Of a DNA stretch of 64,000 nt, positions 13,001 to 23,374 are shown piece after piece. The notes beneath the pieces were generated by a model that saw nothing but the letters and a program-made list of their open reading frames with translations, ran no database searches and was not told where the DNA came from. Every line of letters begins with the position of its first letter. The stretch's first letter is position 1. The stretch spans positions 49,559-113,558 of the forward strand of contig QPMI01000237.1 in NCBI GenBank assembly GCA_004431415.1. Direction: 5' to 3'. Source of the stretch: Cyanophora paradoxa CCMP329 (taxonomy: Eukaryota; Plantae; Glaucophyta). Both the position numbers and the translations under genes were made by a program.

Positions 13001-15177
13001 GGAGAGGCGGAGAGGGAGCATACGAGCGAAAGTGAACGCAAGATTATCAAGAGAAAGAAAGGCCGAAGGGCCTGCGCCAAGAACAAAAAGGCCAGGCAGG
13101 GTCCCGCGACGAAGAGAGAGGAAGACAGCGCTGAAGCAAACATGCAGCGGGAGCAAACGGGACAGAATTGAATTGGAGCTCGAGGATAGGCCCACAGGGT
13201 GGGAAGCCGCAGGGCGGCAAGGAACGCGCGGTATGTAGTCCAGCACCCGTGGAATTATCTGGTTATCGCGAACAGGGAAGGCAACAAAAGTACCACTTGG
13301 GCCTCGAAGGAGAGCAAACGAGGCGTCCGGTCCGGACCACCAGAGATGCTGAGGCGGCGATGCAGGGGCCTCGAGAACCTGGCGCCAAGTAGCCGGGAGC
13401 GCAGAACACAGACTAGGGAAAAAGGAGTGGAGGGCGGAGGAGGCAGCTGCTGGAGCCCGGAACCCCCGGGCAGCACAATCCCAGATATCGCAGACCCGCA
13501 GCAAGCCGGACCGTGCACAGCGACTCCAGTCGACCTCGTCGCCGGGAGTACTGAACAGAGGATTGAAGAAAAGAGGTTGGGATAACACTTCGGGAGAGTT
13601 ACGAGGTTGACACACGCCCTGGCGCTGAGCCCACTCGGAGAGAGTCCGCTTCCAAATAGGAGGCAAGTCAAGTCTGTCAAGTGGGAGGCGGAGCGAGACA
13701 AGGGCGGGGCCATAGGAAAAAGGTGCCAGCTGAGCGTCCAGTTTGCTCAAGAGGTACTCCTTCCAAGGAGCTGAACAAGAGGGGTCAGCGAGCAAGGCCA
13801 CCCACTTCATTTTCAGCGATAACGAAAAAGCTCGAATATCCGGGCAGTTGAGACCACCTTGACGCCACGGCAGAGGAGAAATATACTTCGAAAGCTGCCC
13901 GCTCACGCCAGCAAAAGCGCGAAGCTTCTCTTGCCATGTCGAATACTGAGCATCAGGGGGGTCAAGCAAATATAGAGCATAATGTAGGGACCCAATAAAT
14001 ACAGCCCAGGCAAGGAGAACGCCGGATCGCATCGGCATGCGATAAGTCTTCGCTTGCTGGACACGGATATCAAGAGCAGCGGTCTTTTTCCGCCAGAACC
14101 GAGACAGATCGGGCTCTAGTGGAAAGCCCAGGTATTTTCGAATTTTTTCAGCGGGAGGGAGATCCGTCACCTGAAGACGCCGCCAGGGGCAGTCCTCGAC
14201 GCTAGGCCAGGCATGTGCGGGGATATCGCGGAGTGGAAGAAGGCTAGATTTCTCGAGATTAATAAGAGCTCCAGAGAGCCGGCAGTATTTATCAAAGCAC
14301 TCTTTCCAGAAAGGCAATTCGGTAAAAGACGAGATTAAAGGAACCGTGTCGTCTGCAAACTGGAGCACCTTGCAAAGAGAGCTAGAGGACAAGCGGACAC
14401 CTCGTATACGAGCATCAGCATTAATCAAAAGGGCTAAAAGGTGTGTGCACAAATTATATAGATAGGGCGAAAGGGGGCCACCCTGACGTACACCGCATCG
14501 AATGGGGAAAGGGCGGAGGTCCAGCCGTTAATGTGAACAGAACCCTGCAGATCAGAGTAGAGCAGGCGGACCCACTTGATAAATTGGGACCCGAAACCGA
14601 ACTGTTCGAGCGACCAGAAAAGGAAGCTCCAGTTAACGCGGTCATAGGCTTTTGAAAAATCAAGAAATCCGAAGCACAGCTGTTCAAGTGCAGGATTACC
14701 GCCCTCGTAATGCATGAGAAGATAAACAAGCATAACCTGGTGCACTGCGGACCGACGATGAATAAAGCCAGACTGAAAGCGGGATACAAGACCAGACATG
14801 AGTGGCGTTAAGCGGTTGGAGAGGGCGCGCTCGACTGCACGCTCTTCGACATTAGAGAGAGAAATTGGGCGGCGATTTGCAATCAAAGTAGGGTCCGTTG
14901 CCGGTTTAGTAATAGGAGTAATGAGGACGTGCCGCAAAGACTCGGACGGCTGCCCAGACTCATACATAGCAGCGATGTAAGCACAGAAATCGGGGCCAAT
15001 CTCATCAAAAAAGTGAACGTAGAATTCAGCAGGGAGACCATCGATGCCAGGAGACTTGGCTCCGCCAGACATCTCCTTAAAAGCACGAAATAGTTCTCCA
15101 GACGATAAGTCAGAGTCAAGATCAGCAGACTCAGTAGGGAGCAGGCGGTGAGGGGAATAGAGAGAGGCAACGCCAGA
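10072..15177 (-). mobile_element. 5'-truncated non-LTR retrotransposon, L1/Tx1-like
   Basis: T11 at 10072-10082 (poly-A tail on the minus strand); RT motifs; absent from the second copy of the host element, which has ACATGTAC at this position. Confidence 0.92.
12068..15177 (-). CDS. LINE ORF2 (reverse transcriptase plus C-terminal CCHC/zf-RVT); no endonuclease; one frameshift near 14510
   Basis: KSPGIDGLPAEFY, RPISLSN, QSGF, LDFSKAYDRVNW, GVRQGGPLSP (shifted frame), FADD, INLEKS, KYLG, CRVC-x8-HVFSEC. Confidence 0.9.
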
Positions 15178-15379
15178 CCGCTCTCTGGGGACCGCGGCCG
15201 CAGCAGCGCGCCCACCGCGCGTGGCGGCTGGCAGAAGGCGCCGGCGCGCGCCGGCGCAGGCTTGCCGGCGCCCGGCCATACCAGATCCCGGAGCCGTGCA
15301 CTAGCATGCATATGCATGTGCACGCGCAGTCAGCGGGCTGCGGCGGGGCTGTGGCCGCGATATTGATGCACTGGCTATA

Positions 15380-15622
15380 CTGTAAACGTACTAATATCCG
15401 CCAGCACTTTAATTCGACAAAACCCGAAAATCCTGTCGAAAATTAGTCCGCCAGCGTCGACGTCTTGATTTCGACACCCTGCGACTTCGCCATAGAGAGG
15501 TCAGCCGCTGGTACCCTCTCTCCATACAAAGGCTTAATTCGCCAGCGTCAAATATTCGACAGCGCGAGGGTCTGGCGAATATAGTCGAAATTAAACGCTG
15601 GCGGAAACTCGTACGTTTACAG
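15380..15622. mobile_element. MITE with TA target duplication (Tc1/mariner-type), nested in element copy 1
   Basis: ta|CTGTAAACGTAC...GTACGTTTACAG|ta; imperfect TIR extends about 40 bp (CCGCCAGC, TTAAT, TCGAC). Confidence 0.8.
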
Positions 15623-15864
15623 TAGCTATCGCGTGGGCCTATAGCTAGGCCTGCATGCGCATCACTAGCTGGGGAGGTCGGGGTCCCTAGCTAATGGCCT
15701 GGCCGCAGGGATCCCCGTCAGCGCGTCGTTGCGACTGCGGGCCGAAAGATTGAAAGGGAGGGGGTACCGCGCTGCGAAAGGCGTGGGGGTAGAGGTATTT
15801 TCAGGGACGCCACGCGCCCCCGTGCCAATGGACCGGGTGGCGCCGGGGCTGGTTTCGGGGACGG

Positions 15865-17030
15865 CGGCGAGTCTCCAGGGGTAGGCGAGGGGGTGGGCAG
15901 GGGTACGGCTTCACGCTCTAGCCCCGCTCTCTCTCGGGGGCGGCGGCGAGTCTCCAGGGGTGGGGAAGGGACTAGGCGGGGGTACGATTCCGAGCTAGCG
16001 CCGCTCTCTCTCTCTCTCTGGGGGCGGTGGCGAGTTTCCAGGGTGGGGGAGGGGTGGGCGGGGGTGCGGTTTCGAGCTCTATAGCTAGCCCGCTCTCTCT
16101 CGGGGGACAGTGGCGAGTCTCCAGGGGGGGGGAGAGGGGCCGGGCTGGGCGGGGAGTACGGCTTCAAGCTCTAGCCCCGCTCTCTCTCGGGGGGCGGCGG
16201 CGAGTCTCCAGGGGGTGGCCATGGGGAAGGGACTAGGTGGGGGTACGACTCCGAGCTAGCGCCGCTCTCTCTCTCTCTCTCTCTGGGGGCGGTGGCGAGT
16301 CTCCAGGGGGTGGGGAAGGGACTAGGCGGGGGTACGATTCCGAGCTAGCGCCGCTCTCTCTCTCTCTCTGGGGCGGTGGCGAGTTTCCAGGGTGGGGGAG
16401 GGGGTGGGCGGGGGTGCGGTTTCGAGCTCTATAGCTAGCCCGCTCTCTCTCGGGGACAGTGGCGAGTCTCCAGGGGGGGGGGGAGAGGGGCCGGGCTGGG
16501 CGGGGGTACGGCTTCAAGCTCTAGCCCCGCTCTCTCTCGGGGGCGGCGGCGAGTCTCCAGGGGGTGGCCATGGGGAAAGGACTAGGTGGGGGTACGACTC
16601 CGAGCTAGCGCCGCTCTCTCTCTCTCTCTCTGGGGCGGTGGCGAGTCTCCAGGGGGTGGGGAAGGGACTAGGCGGGGGTACGATTCCGAGCTAGCGCCGC
16701 TCTCTCTCTCTCTCTCTCTGGGGGCGGTGGCGAATTTCCAGGGTGGGGGAGGGGGTGGGCGGGGGTGCGGTTTCGAGCTCTAGCCCGCTCTCTCTCGGGG
16801 GACAGTGGCGAGTCTCCAGGGGGGGGAGAGGGGCCGGGCTGGGCGGGGGTACGGCTTCACGCTCTAGCCCTCCTCTCTCTCAGGGGGCGGCGGCGAGTCT
16901 CCAGGGGGTAGGAGAGGGGGTGGGCGGGGGGTACGGCTTCAAGCTCTAGCCCGCTCTCTCTTGGGGGGCAGTGGCGAGTCTCCAGGGGGTGGGAAAGAGG
17001 TGGGCGAGGGGTACGGTTCCGTGTTCTAGC
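15865..17030. repeat. G-rich minisatellite array (~55-65 bp variant units with (CT)n tracts)
   Basis: Recurrent GGCGAGT[CT]TCCAGGG...GGGGTACG...CTAGC...CTCTCTC. Confidence 0.9.
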
Positions 17031-17164
17031 CTCGCTCTTTCTCAGGGGCGGTGTAGGGATGGGCACGTGCACGTGGGAGGACGGCCGAGGCTCGAGCACT
17101 ACTGCATGGGCGTGCCAAACCGGAAGGGGGCTGCAGCTGGTGAGGAGAAAGGCAACTCACGTAA

Positions 17165-17741
17165 CCCACCACCAAGCCCGCCCCCCCCCGCTGGAAACTC
17201 GCCGCTCACCCCTCAGAGGCCCGCTGCACAGGCGCGAGAAGCCAAGGGGGGCGGACGAGGAGGGAGGGCCGCGGTCCCGTACCCCACCACCAAGCCCGCC
17301 CCCCCCGCTGGAAACTCGCCGCTCAACCCTCAGGGGCCCGCTGCACAGGCGCGAGAAGCCGAAGGGGGCGGACGAGGAGGGAGGGCCGCGGTCCCGTACC
17401 CCACCACCAAGCCCGCCCCCCCCGCTGGAAACTCGCCGCTCACCCCTCAGGGGCCCGCTGCACAGGCGCGAGAAGCCGAAGGGGGCGGACGAGGAGGGAG
17501 GGCCGCGGTCCCGTACCCCACCACCAAGCCCGCCCGCCCCGCTGGAAACTCGCCGCTCACCCCTCAGGGGCCCGCTGCACAGGCGCGAGAAGCCGAAGGG
17601 GGCGGACGAGGAGGGAGGGCCGCGGTCCCGTACCCCACCACCAAGCCCGCCCCCCCCCGCTGGAAACTCGCCGCTCACCCCTCAGGGGCCCGCTGCGCAG
17701 GCGCGAGAAGCCGAAGGGGGCGGACGAGGAGGGAGGGCCGC
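17165..17741. repeat. ~119 bp tandem repeat, about 5 copies
   Basis: Unit CCACCACCAAGCCCGCC..GCTGGAAACTCGCCGCTCACCCCTCAGGGGCCCGCTGCACAGGCGCGAGAAGCCG.. Confidence 0.9.
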
Positions 17742-18143
17742 GGGCGGTCCTGTATACGTATACGTACCCCATGTCCAAGACCCGCCCCTCCCCCCCCCAC
17801 AGGAGAGGGGCGCGTGCTCTGCCCTGTCCTACCGCGAGGCCTAGGCAAGCGCATGCATGCTCGAGCTCGCCCGCAGCTTGGCAAGCGGTTAGCCTAGTAG
17901 CACTAGCGCTCATGATTTCGATCAGCCCTGATCAGGGGAAGGTTTGAAGGGCGTGCACATATGCATGTACACGTGACTCGACGTACGCGTGGGTCGCGAT
18001 TGAGGCTCGAACGAGGAGTTCAGTATGCCGCACTAAAAATTCGTATCATTTGCCTGGGCCCTACCGATGCTTTAGAAGGCCTTAGTGCGGCACCAAATAC
18101 TCGTTCCACCCTTTCTTCAAGGGGGTTGGGACCAGTATGGCAC

Positions 18144-21100
18144 TTTTTGAATATGCATGCTATTGAAAACTGAAGAGTATTGGATCCGCACCACCTTTGT
18201 TTTCTGAGGCAATCGTTAGTCTACTTCAAGATCTCTAGGTTAGTGCCCAGCGAACCCAAAATATCCAGCTGCTCATATACTGGCTCGCCCCCTGAAAAAA
18301 TGTTTCCGAAGCTATTGCTTTGCAACTGATTGCAAAACACTGTGCCCTAGATCAGGGGCTGGCACCGGTTTATACATAGCCGGGGGCGGGTGGCGAGTTC
18401 TTACATTTCAAATTATTTAAAAGTTGAACTCGAACATGTACCCGCTCTCTGGGGACCGCGGCCGCAGCAGCGCGCCCACCGCGCGTGGCGGCTGGCAGAA
18501 GGCGCCGGCGCGCGCCGGCGCAGGCTTGCCGGCGCCCGGCCATACCAGATCCCGGAGCCGTGCACTAGCATGCATATGCATGTGCACGCGCAGTCAGCGG
18601 GCTGCGGCGGGGCTGTGGCCGCGATATTGATGCACTGGCTATACTGTAAACGTACTAATATCCGCCAGCACTTTAATTCGACAAAACCCGAAAATCCTGT
18701 CGAAAATTAGTCCGCCAGCGTCGACGTCTTGATTTCGACACCCTGCGACTTCGCCATAGAGAGGTCAGCCGCTGGTACCCCTCTCTCCATACAAAGGCTT
18801 AATTCGCCAGCGTCAAATATTCGACAGCGCGAGGGTCTGGCGAATATAGTCGAAATTAAACGCTGGCGGAAACTCGTACGTTTACAGTAGCTATCGCGTG
18901 GGCCTATAGCTAGGCCTGCATGCGCATCACTAGCTGGGGAGGTCGGGGTCCCTAGCTAATGGCCTGGCCGCAGGGATCCCCGTCAGCGCGTCGTTGCGAC
19001 TGCGGGCCGAAAGATTGAAAGGGAGGGGGTACCGCGCTGCGAAAGGCGTGGGGGTAGAGGTATTTTCAGGGACGCCACGCGCCCCCGTGCCAATGGACCG
19101 GGTGGCGCCGGGGCTGGTTTCGGGGACGGCGGCGAGTCTCCAGGGGGTAGGCGAGGGGGTGGGCAGGGGTACGGCTTCACGCTCTAGCCCCGCTCTCTCT
19201 CGGGGGGCGGCGGCGAGTCTCCAGGGGGTGGGGAAGGGACTAGGCGGGGGTACGATTCCGAGCTAGCGCCGCTCTCTCTCTCTCTCTGGGGGCGGTGGCG
19301 AGTTTCCAGGGTGGGGGAGGGGGTGGGCGGGGGTGCGGTTTCGAGCTCTATAGCTAGCCCGCTCTCTCTCGGGGGACAGTGGCGAGTCTCCAGGGGGGGG
19401 GAGAGGGGCCGGGCTGGGCGGGGAGTACGGCTTCAAGCTCTAGCCCCGCTCTCTCTCGGGGGCGGCGGCGAGTCTCCAGGGGTGGCCATGGGGAAGGGAC
19501 TAGGTGGGGGTACGACTCCGAGCTAGCGCCGCTCTCTCTCTCTCTCTCTCTGGGGCGGTGGCGAGTCTCCAGGGGTGGGGAAGGGACTAGGCGGGGGTAC
19601 GATTCCGAGCTAGCGCCGCTCTCTCTCTCTCTCTGGGGGCGGTGGCGAGTTTCCAGGGTGGGGGAGGGGGTGGGCGGGGTGCGGTTTCGAGCTCTATAGC
19701 TAGCCCGCTCTCTCTCGGGGGACAGTGGCGAGTCTCCAGGGGGGGGGGGGGGAGAGGGGCCGGGCTGGGCGGGGGTACGGCTTCAAGCTCTAGCCCCGCT
19801 CTCTCTCGGGGGGCGGCGGCGAGTCTCCAGGGGGTGGCCATGGGGAAAGGACTAGGTGGGGGTACGACTCCGAGCTAGCGCCGCTCTCTCTCTCTCTCTC
19901 TGGGGGCGGTGGCGAGTCTCCAGGGGGTGGGGAAGGGACTAGGCGGGGGTACGATTCCGAGCTAGCGCCGCTCTCTCTCTCTCTCTCTCTGGGGGCGGTG
20001 GCGAATTTCCAGGGTGGGGGAGGGGGTGGGCGGGGGTGCGGTTTCGAGCTCTAGCCCGCTCTCTCTCGGGGGACAGTGGCGAGTCTCCAGGGGGGGAGAG
20101 GGGCCGGGCTGGGCGGGGGTACGGCTTCACGCTCTAGCCCTCCTCTCTCTCAGGGGGCGGCGGCGAGTCTCCAGGGGGTAGGAGAGGGGTGGGCGGGGGG
20201 TACGGCTTCAAGCTCTAGCCCGCTCTCTCTTGGGGGGCAGTGGCGAGTCTCCAGGGGTGGGAAAGAGGTGGGCGAGGGGTACGGTTCCGTGTTCTAGCCT
20301 CGCTCTTTCTCAGGGGCGGTGTAGGGATGGGCACGTGCACGTGGGAGGACGGCCGAGGCTCGAGCACTACTGCATGGGCGTGCCAAACCGGAAGGGGGCT
20401 GCAGCTGGTGAGGAGAAAGGCAACTCACGTAACCCACCACCAAGCCCGCCCCCCCCGCTGGAAACTCGCCGCTCACCCCTCAGAGGCCCGCTGCACAGGC
20501 GCGAGAAGCCAAGGGGGGCGGACGAGGAGGGAGGGCCGCGGTCCCGTACCCCACCACCAAGCCCGCCCCCCCGCTGGAAACTCGCCGCTCAACCCTCAGG
20601 GGCCCGCTGCACAGGCGCGAGAAGCCGAAGGGGCGGACGAGGAGGGAGGGCCGCGGTCCCGTACCCCACCACCAAGCCCGCCCCCCCGCTGGAAACTCGC
20701 CGCTCACCCCTCAGGGGCCCGCTGCACAGGCGCGAGAAGCCGAAGGGGCGGACGAGGAGGAGGGCCGCGGTCCCGTACCCCACCACCAAGCCCGCCCGCC
20801 CCGCTGGAAACTCGCCGCTCACCCCTCAGGGCCCGCTGCACAGGCGCGAGAAGCCGAAGGGGCGGACGAGGAGGGAGGGCCGCGGTCCCGTACCCCACCA
20901 CCAAGCCCGCCCCCCCCGCTGGAAACTCGCCGCTCACCCTCAGGGGCCCGCTGCGCAGGCGCGAGAAGCCGAAGGGGGCGGACGAGGAGGGAGGGCCGCG
21001 GGCGGTCCTGTATACGTATACGTACCCCATGTCCAAGACCCGCCCCTCCCCCCCCCACAGGAGAGGGGCGCGTGCTCTGCCCTGTCCTACCGCGAGGCCT

Positions 21101-21401
21101 AGGCAAGCGCATGCATGCTCGAGCTCGCCCGCAGCTTGGCAAGCGGTTAGCCTAGTAGCACTAGCGCTCATGATTTCGATCAGCCCTGATCAGGGGAAGG
21201 TTTGAAGGGCGTGCACATATGCATGTACACGTGACTCGACGTACGCGTGGGTCGCGATTGAGGCTCGAACGAGGAGTTCAGTATGCCGCACTAAAAATTC
21301 GTATCATTTGCCTGGGCCCTACCGATGCTTTAGAAGGCCTTAGTGCGGCACCAAATACTCGTTCCACCCTTTCTTCAAGGGGGTTGGGACCAGTATGGCA
21401 C
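18144..21401. mobile_element. Copy 2 (uninterrupted) of the ~3.26 kb element, head-to-tail with copy 1
   Basis: Junction ...CAGTATGGCAC|TTTTTGAATATG at 18143/18144; same internal arrays and MITE. Confidence 0.85.
18644..18887. mobile_element. MITE (TA-flanked), copy inside element copy 2
   Basis: Same TIRs as 15380-15622. Confidence 0.8.
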
Positions 21402-21749
21402 CCGGACCCCGCACCCGATCCGGACCCTGAGGCGCCCGGCTCCTCGTCGGCGGCCCCGCCACCGGCGAAGAGGCAGCGCCTGCAGCTTTAGCTGTAGCTA
21501 GCTAGCTGCGCTAGCTAGCTCTCGATCTCCCTCCGGTTGGTTGACCACCAACCTCTTCCGCCCACAGTCTTGTGCGGCGCCGGTTAGCGCGTGGACCGGA
21601 TAGAGGGGCTCCGTTCCCCAGGACACTCCCTTTGTTCACAGCGTCGAAGTCGTGCCGTATGCACGTAGTGTGTGCTGTACCCGTAGACGCGTGTCACAGG
21701 CCGAGTTTGTTCAATTGCAGGCAGGCAGCGTACTTCCGTGGTTGCAAGC

Positions 21750-23209
21750 ATGGATGCCGTGGCGCGCCGAAATTGGTTAGAGGAGCGCAGAAAGACGCTT
21801 GAAGCTGAGATCCAGGCTCGAAAGCAAGAAATATATACGCAGGTGCAGACCGAGTCGCTTCCGCGAGCTGGCATCGCTCTCGCTTCGGAACCAGACAGTC
21901 CGCGGGATGATTCGCCGCGCGAGGCACCGAGGAGGGCGGAGCGACCCGTCGCTGCTGACCTCGGCCGCCGGCCAGTCGCCTTTCCGACGCTCGAGGACCT
22001 CGCCGCCGAACCGTTGATACAGGTGCCGGGTGGATAGCTCACGCTCCCAGTGAAGAAGCCGAGCGAACGTTTGTTTTGCGCAGTCCCTGCGTGTGTCGTT
22101 TGGCTCAGACCGCGTCGAAATTGGCGCCACGGGGCCAGGCAGTCCGCGCTCAGATCTCCCGTCCGCTCATGCGCCAAGGTCCGCGCGTTCTGGCCCGCAC
22201 TGGCCCGTGAGACGCCTAATCCGATCGCCTCAGCCCCGTTCGGCCGGCGTCGGGCCCTAAGACCGCGGAGCGGGGCCGTGCGCTCCTGACGCTCGCTTCG
22301 GTGATGCAAGCGGAGACCGACGAACAGGAGAGGACGGCCCTAGCTCGGAGACATCCCGCCGCGCTGGCAATGCCGCACTCGTCGTCGGAGGACATGGTCA
22401 ACGTAGTGCCTGTCGGGGGGCCGCCCGCCGAGAACGGAACGCCTCGGGTAACCGCCTTCGTTCCGGCCGTCAAGACCTCCCCAGCGTGGAACTCGCCGCG
22501 CGGCGAGCTGCTCGCCCAAGATCCCGCCTCGCATGCAACGCGCAGTCCGCCTCGGGGGGCCGAGCTGCGAGGCAACGAGCTGCGCGAGTCGACGCAGAGC
22601 GCGCCGAGCAGCGCTGTACGCCCAGCGCCGGTCCGCGGCGCGGCTGCTGCGTGGGCTTCGCCACCGCGCTCTCGAGCGCCGGTCGGTCCGCTGCGGTCGT
22701 CAGCCCCAGCAAGCTCGAGCTCGGTCCCCCAGGCGGCCCGGAGCGCGAACGTTGCGCAGCCGGCGCCCATCTCGCAGCCGAAGCGGCGGCGCGCCGTGAA
22801 GCCCATCTACTCCTGGGAGCGGCCCCAGGGGACCCCGGCGGGACCCCGCAGCCCGCCCGAAGCCGCGCGAAGTCCGCCGGTGAGTTCTTTCCCGGCTGGT
22901 GACCCCGCCACCATTACTGATTGAGACTGGGGCGTGCAGAGGACGGCCCCGCCCGCCGTGCCACAGCGTGCAGCGCGAACGGAGCAGGCGCCTGTGCATG
23001 CGGCGCCGTCAGAGCGGCGGGCACCTGAGCTCTTCGAGTTCCGCATCCGGCTGACGGGCGAGGAGTACGCGGAGCTCCTCCGCCGCCAGCGCAGCTACCG
23101 CGCGCGCCTCGGGCAGCCCCACGCGACCCCGGCGGCCGCCCCCCCCTCCACCGCCCACCCCTTATCCGCCCCCAAACTTCTAGCACGACCCGTCCCCGCC
23201 TTTCGATAA
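21750..23209 (+). CDS. Uncharacterised spliced protein (N-terminal coiled coil, Pro/Ser-rich middle)
   Basis: Three protein-like exons: MDAVARRNWLEERRKTLEAEIQARKQEIY.., QAETDEQERTALARRHP.., ELFEFRIRLTGEEYAELLRRQ..; plausible GT-AG junctions. Confidence 0.55.
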
Positions 23210-23374
23210 CTGCGTACAGCTGTGTGATTTCTGAGCCGCACAAAAAAGGGGTCGCATGGACGACGTGGGCGAAGAAAGACGGGGGCGGGGGTCGGAAGGA
23301 AAAGGTTCGGGGGGATCGGGGAGGAACGCGCGGTGGACTGCGGGGGAAGGGGCGGAACCGGGGGTCGGATGGGG

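Larger units (their letters stand above)
9782..18143. mobile_element. Copy 1 of a ~3.26 kb non-autonomous element, interrupted by a LINE
   Basis: 9782-10071 matches 18144-18433; 15178-18143 matches 18442-21401; termini TTTTTGAATATGC...CAGTATGGCAC. Confidence 0.85.
9677..21491 (+). pseudogene. Small gene whose last exon is interrupted by the 11.6 kb composite insertion
   Basis: Removing 9782-21401 rejoins an open frame NITLRKASGADDADGKTPPLEVAAVDVPARARAPA|PDPAPDPDPEAPGSSSAAPPPAKRQRLQL*, which follows an acceptor-like ctcgcag and ends in an NLS-like motif. Confidence 0.45.

Noticed and set aside
15865-17741. CRISPR-like repeat-spacer array
   Set aside because: Spacers are themselves repeated, the context is eukaryotic and there are no cas genes
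18020-18143. 5S rRNA or snRNA at the element end (GCCATAC on the minus strand)
   Set aside because: Similarity stops after a few bases; no A/C boxes or Sm site recognised
15718-21205. Many ORFs over the minisatellite arrays
   Set aside because: Frames differ between the two element copies and merely translate the repeats
9782-21401. LTR retrotransposon with 3.3 kb LTRs
   Set aside because: Repeats are directly adjacent, there are no TG..CA ends, PBS, gag or integrase, and the RT is non-LTR type and inserted inside one repeat
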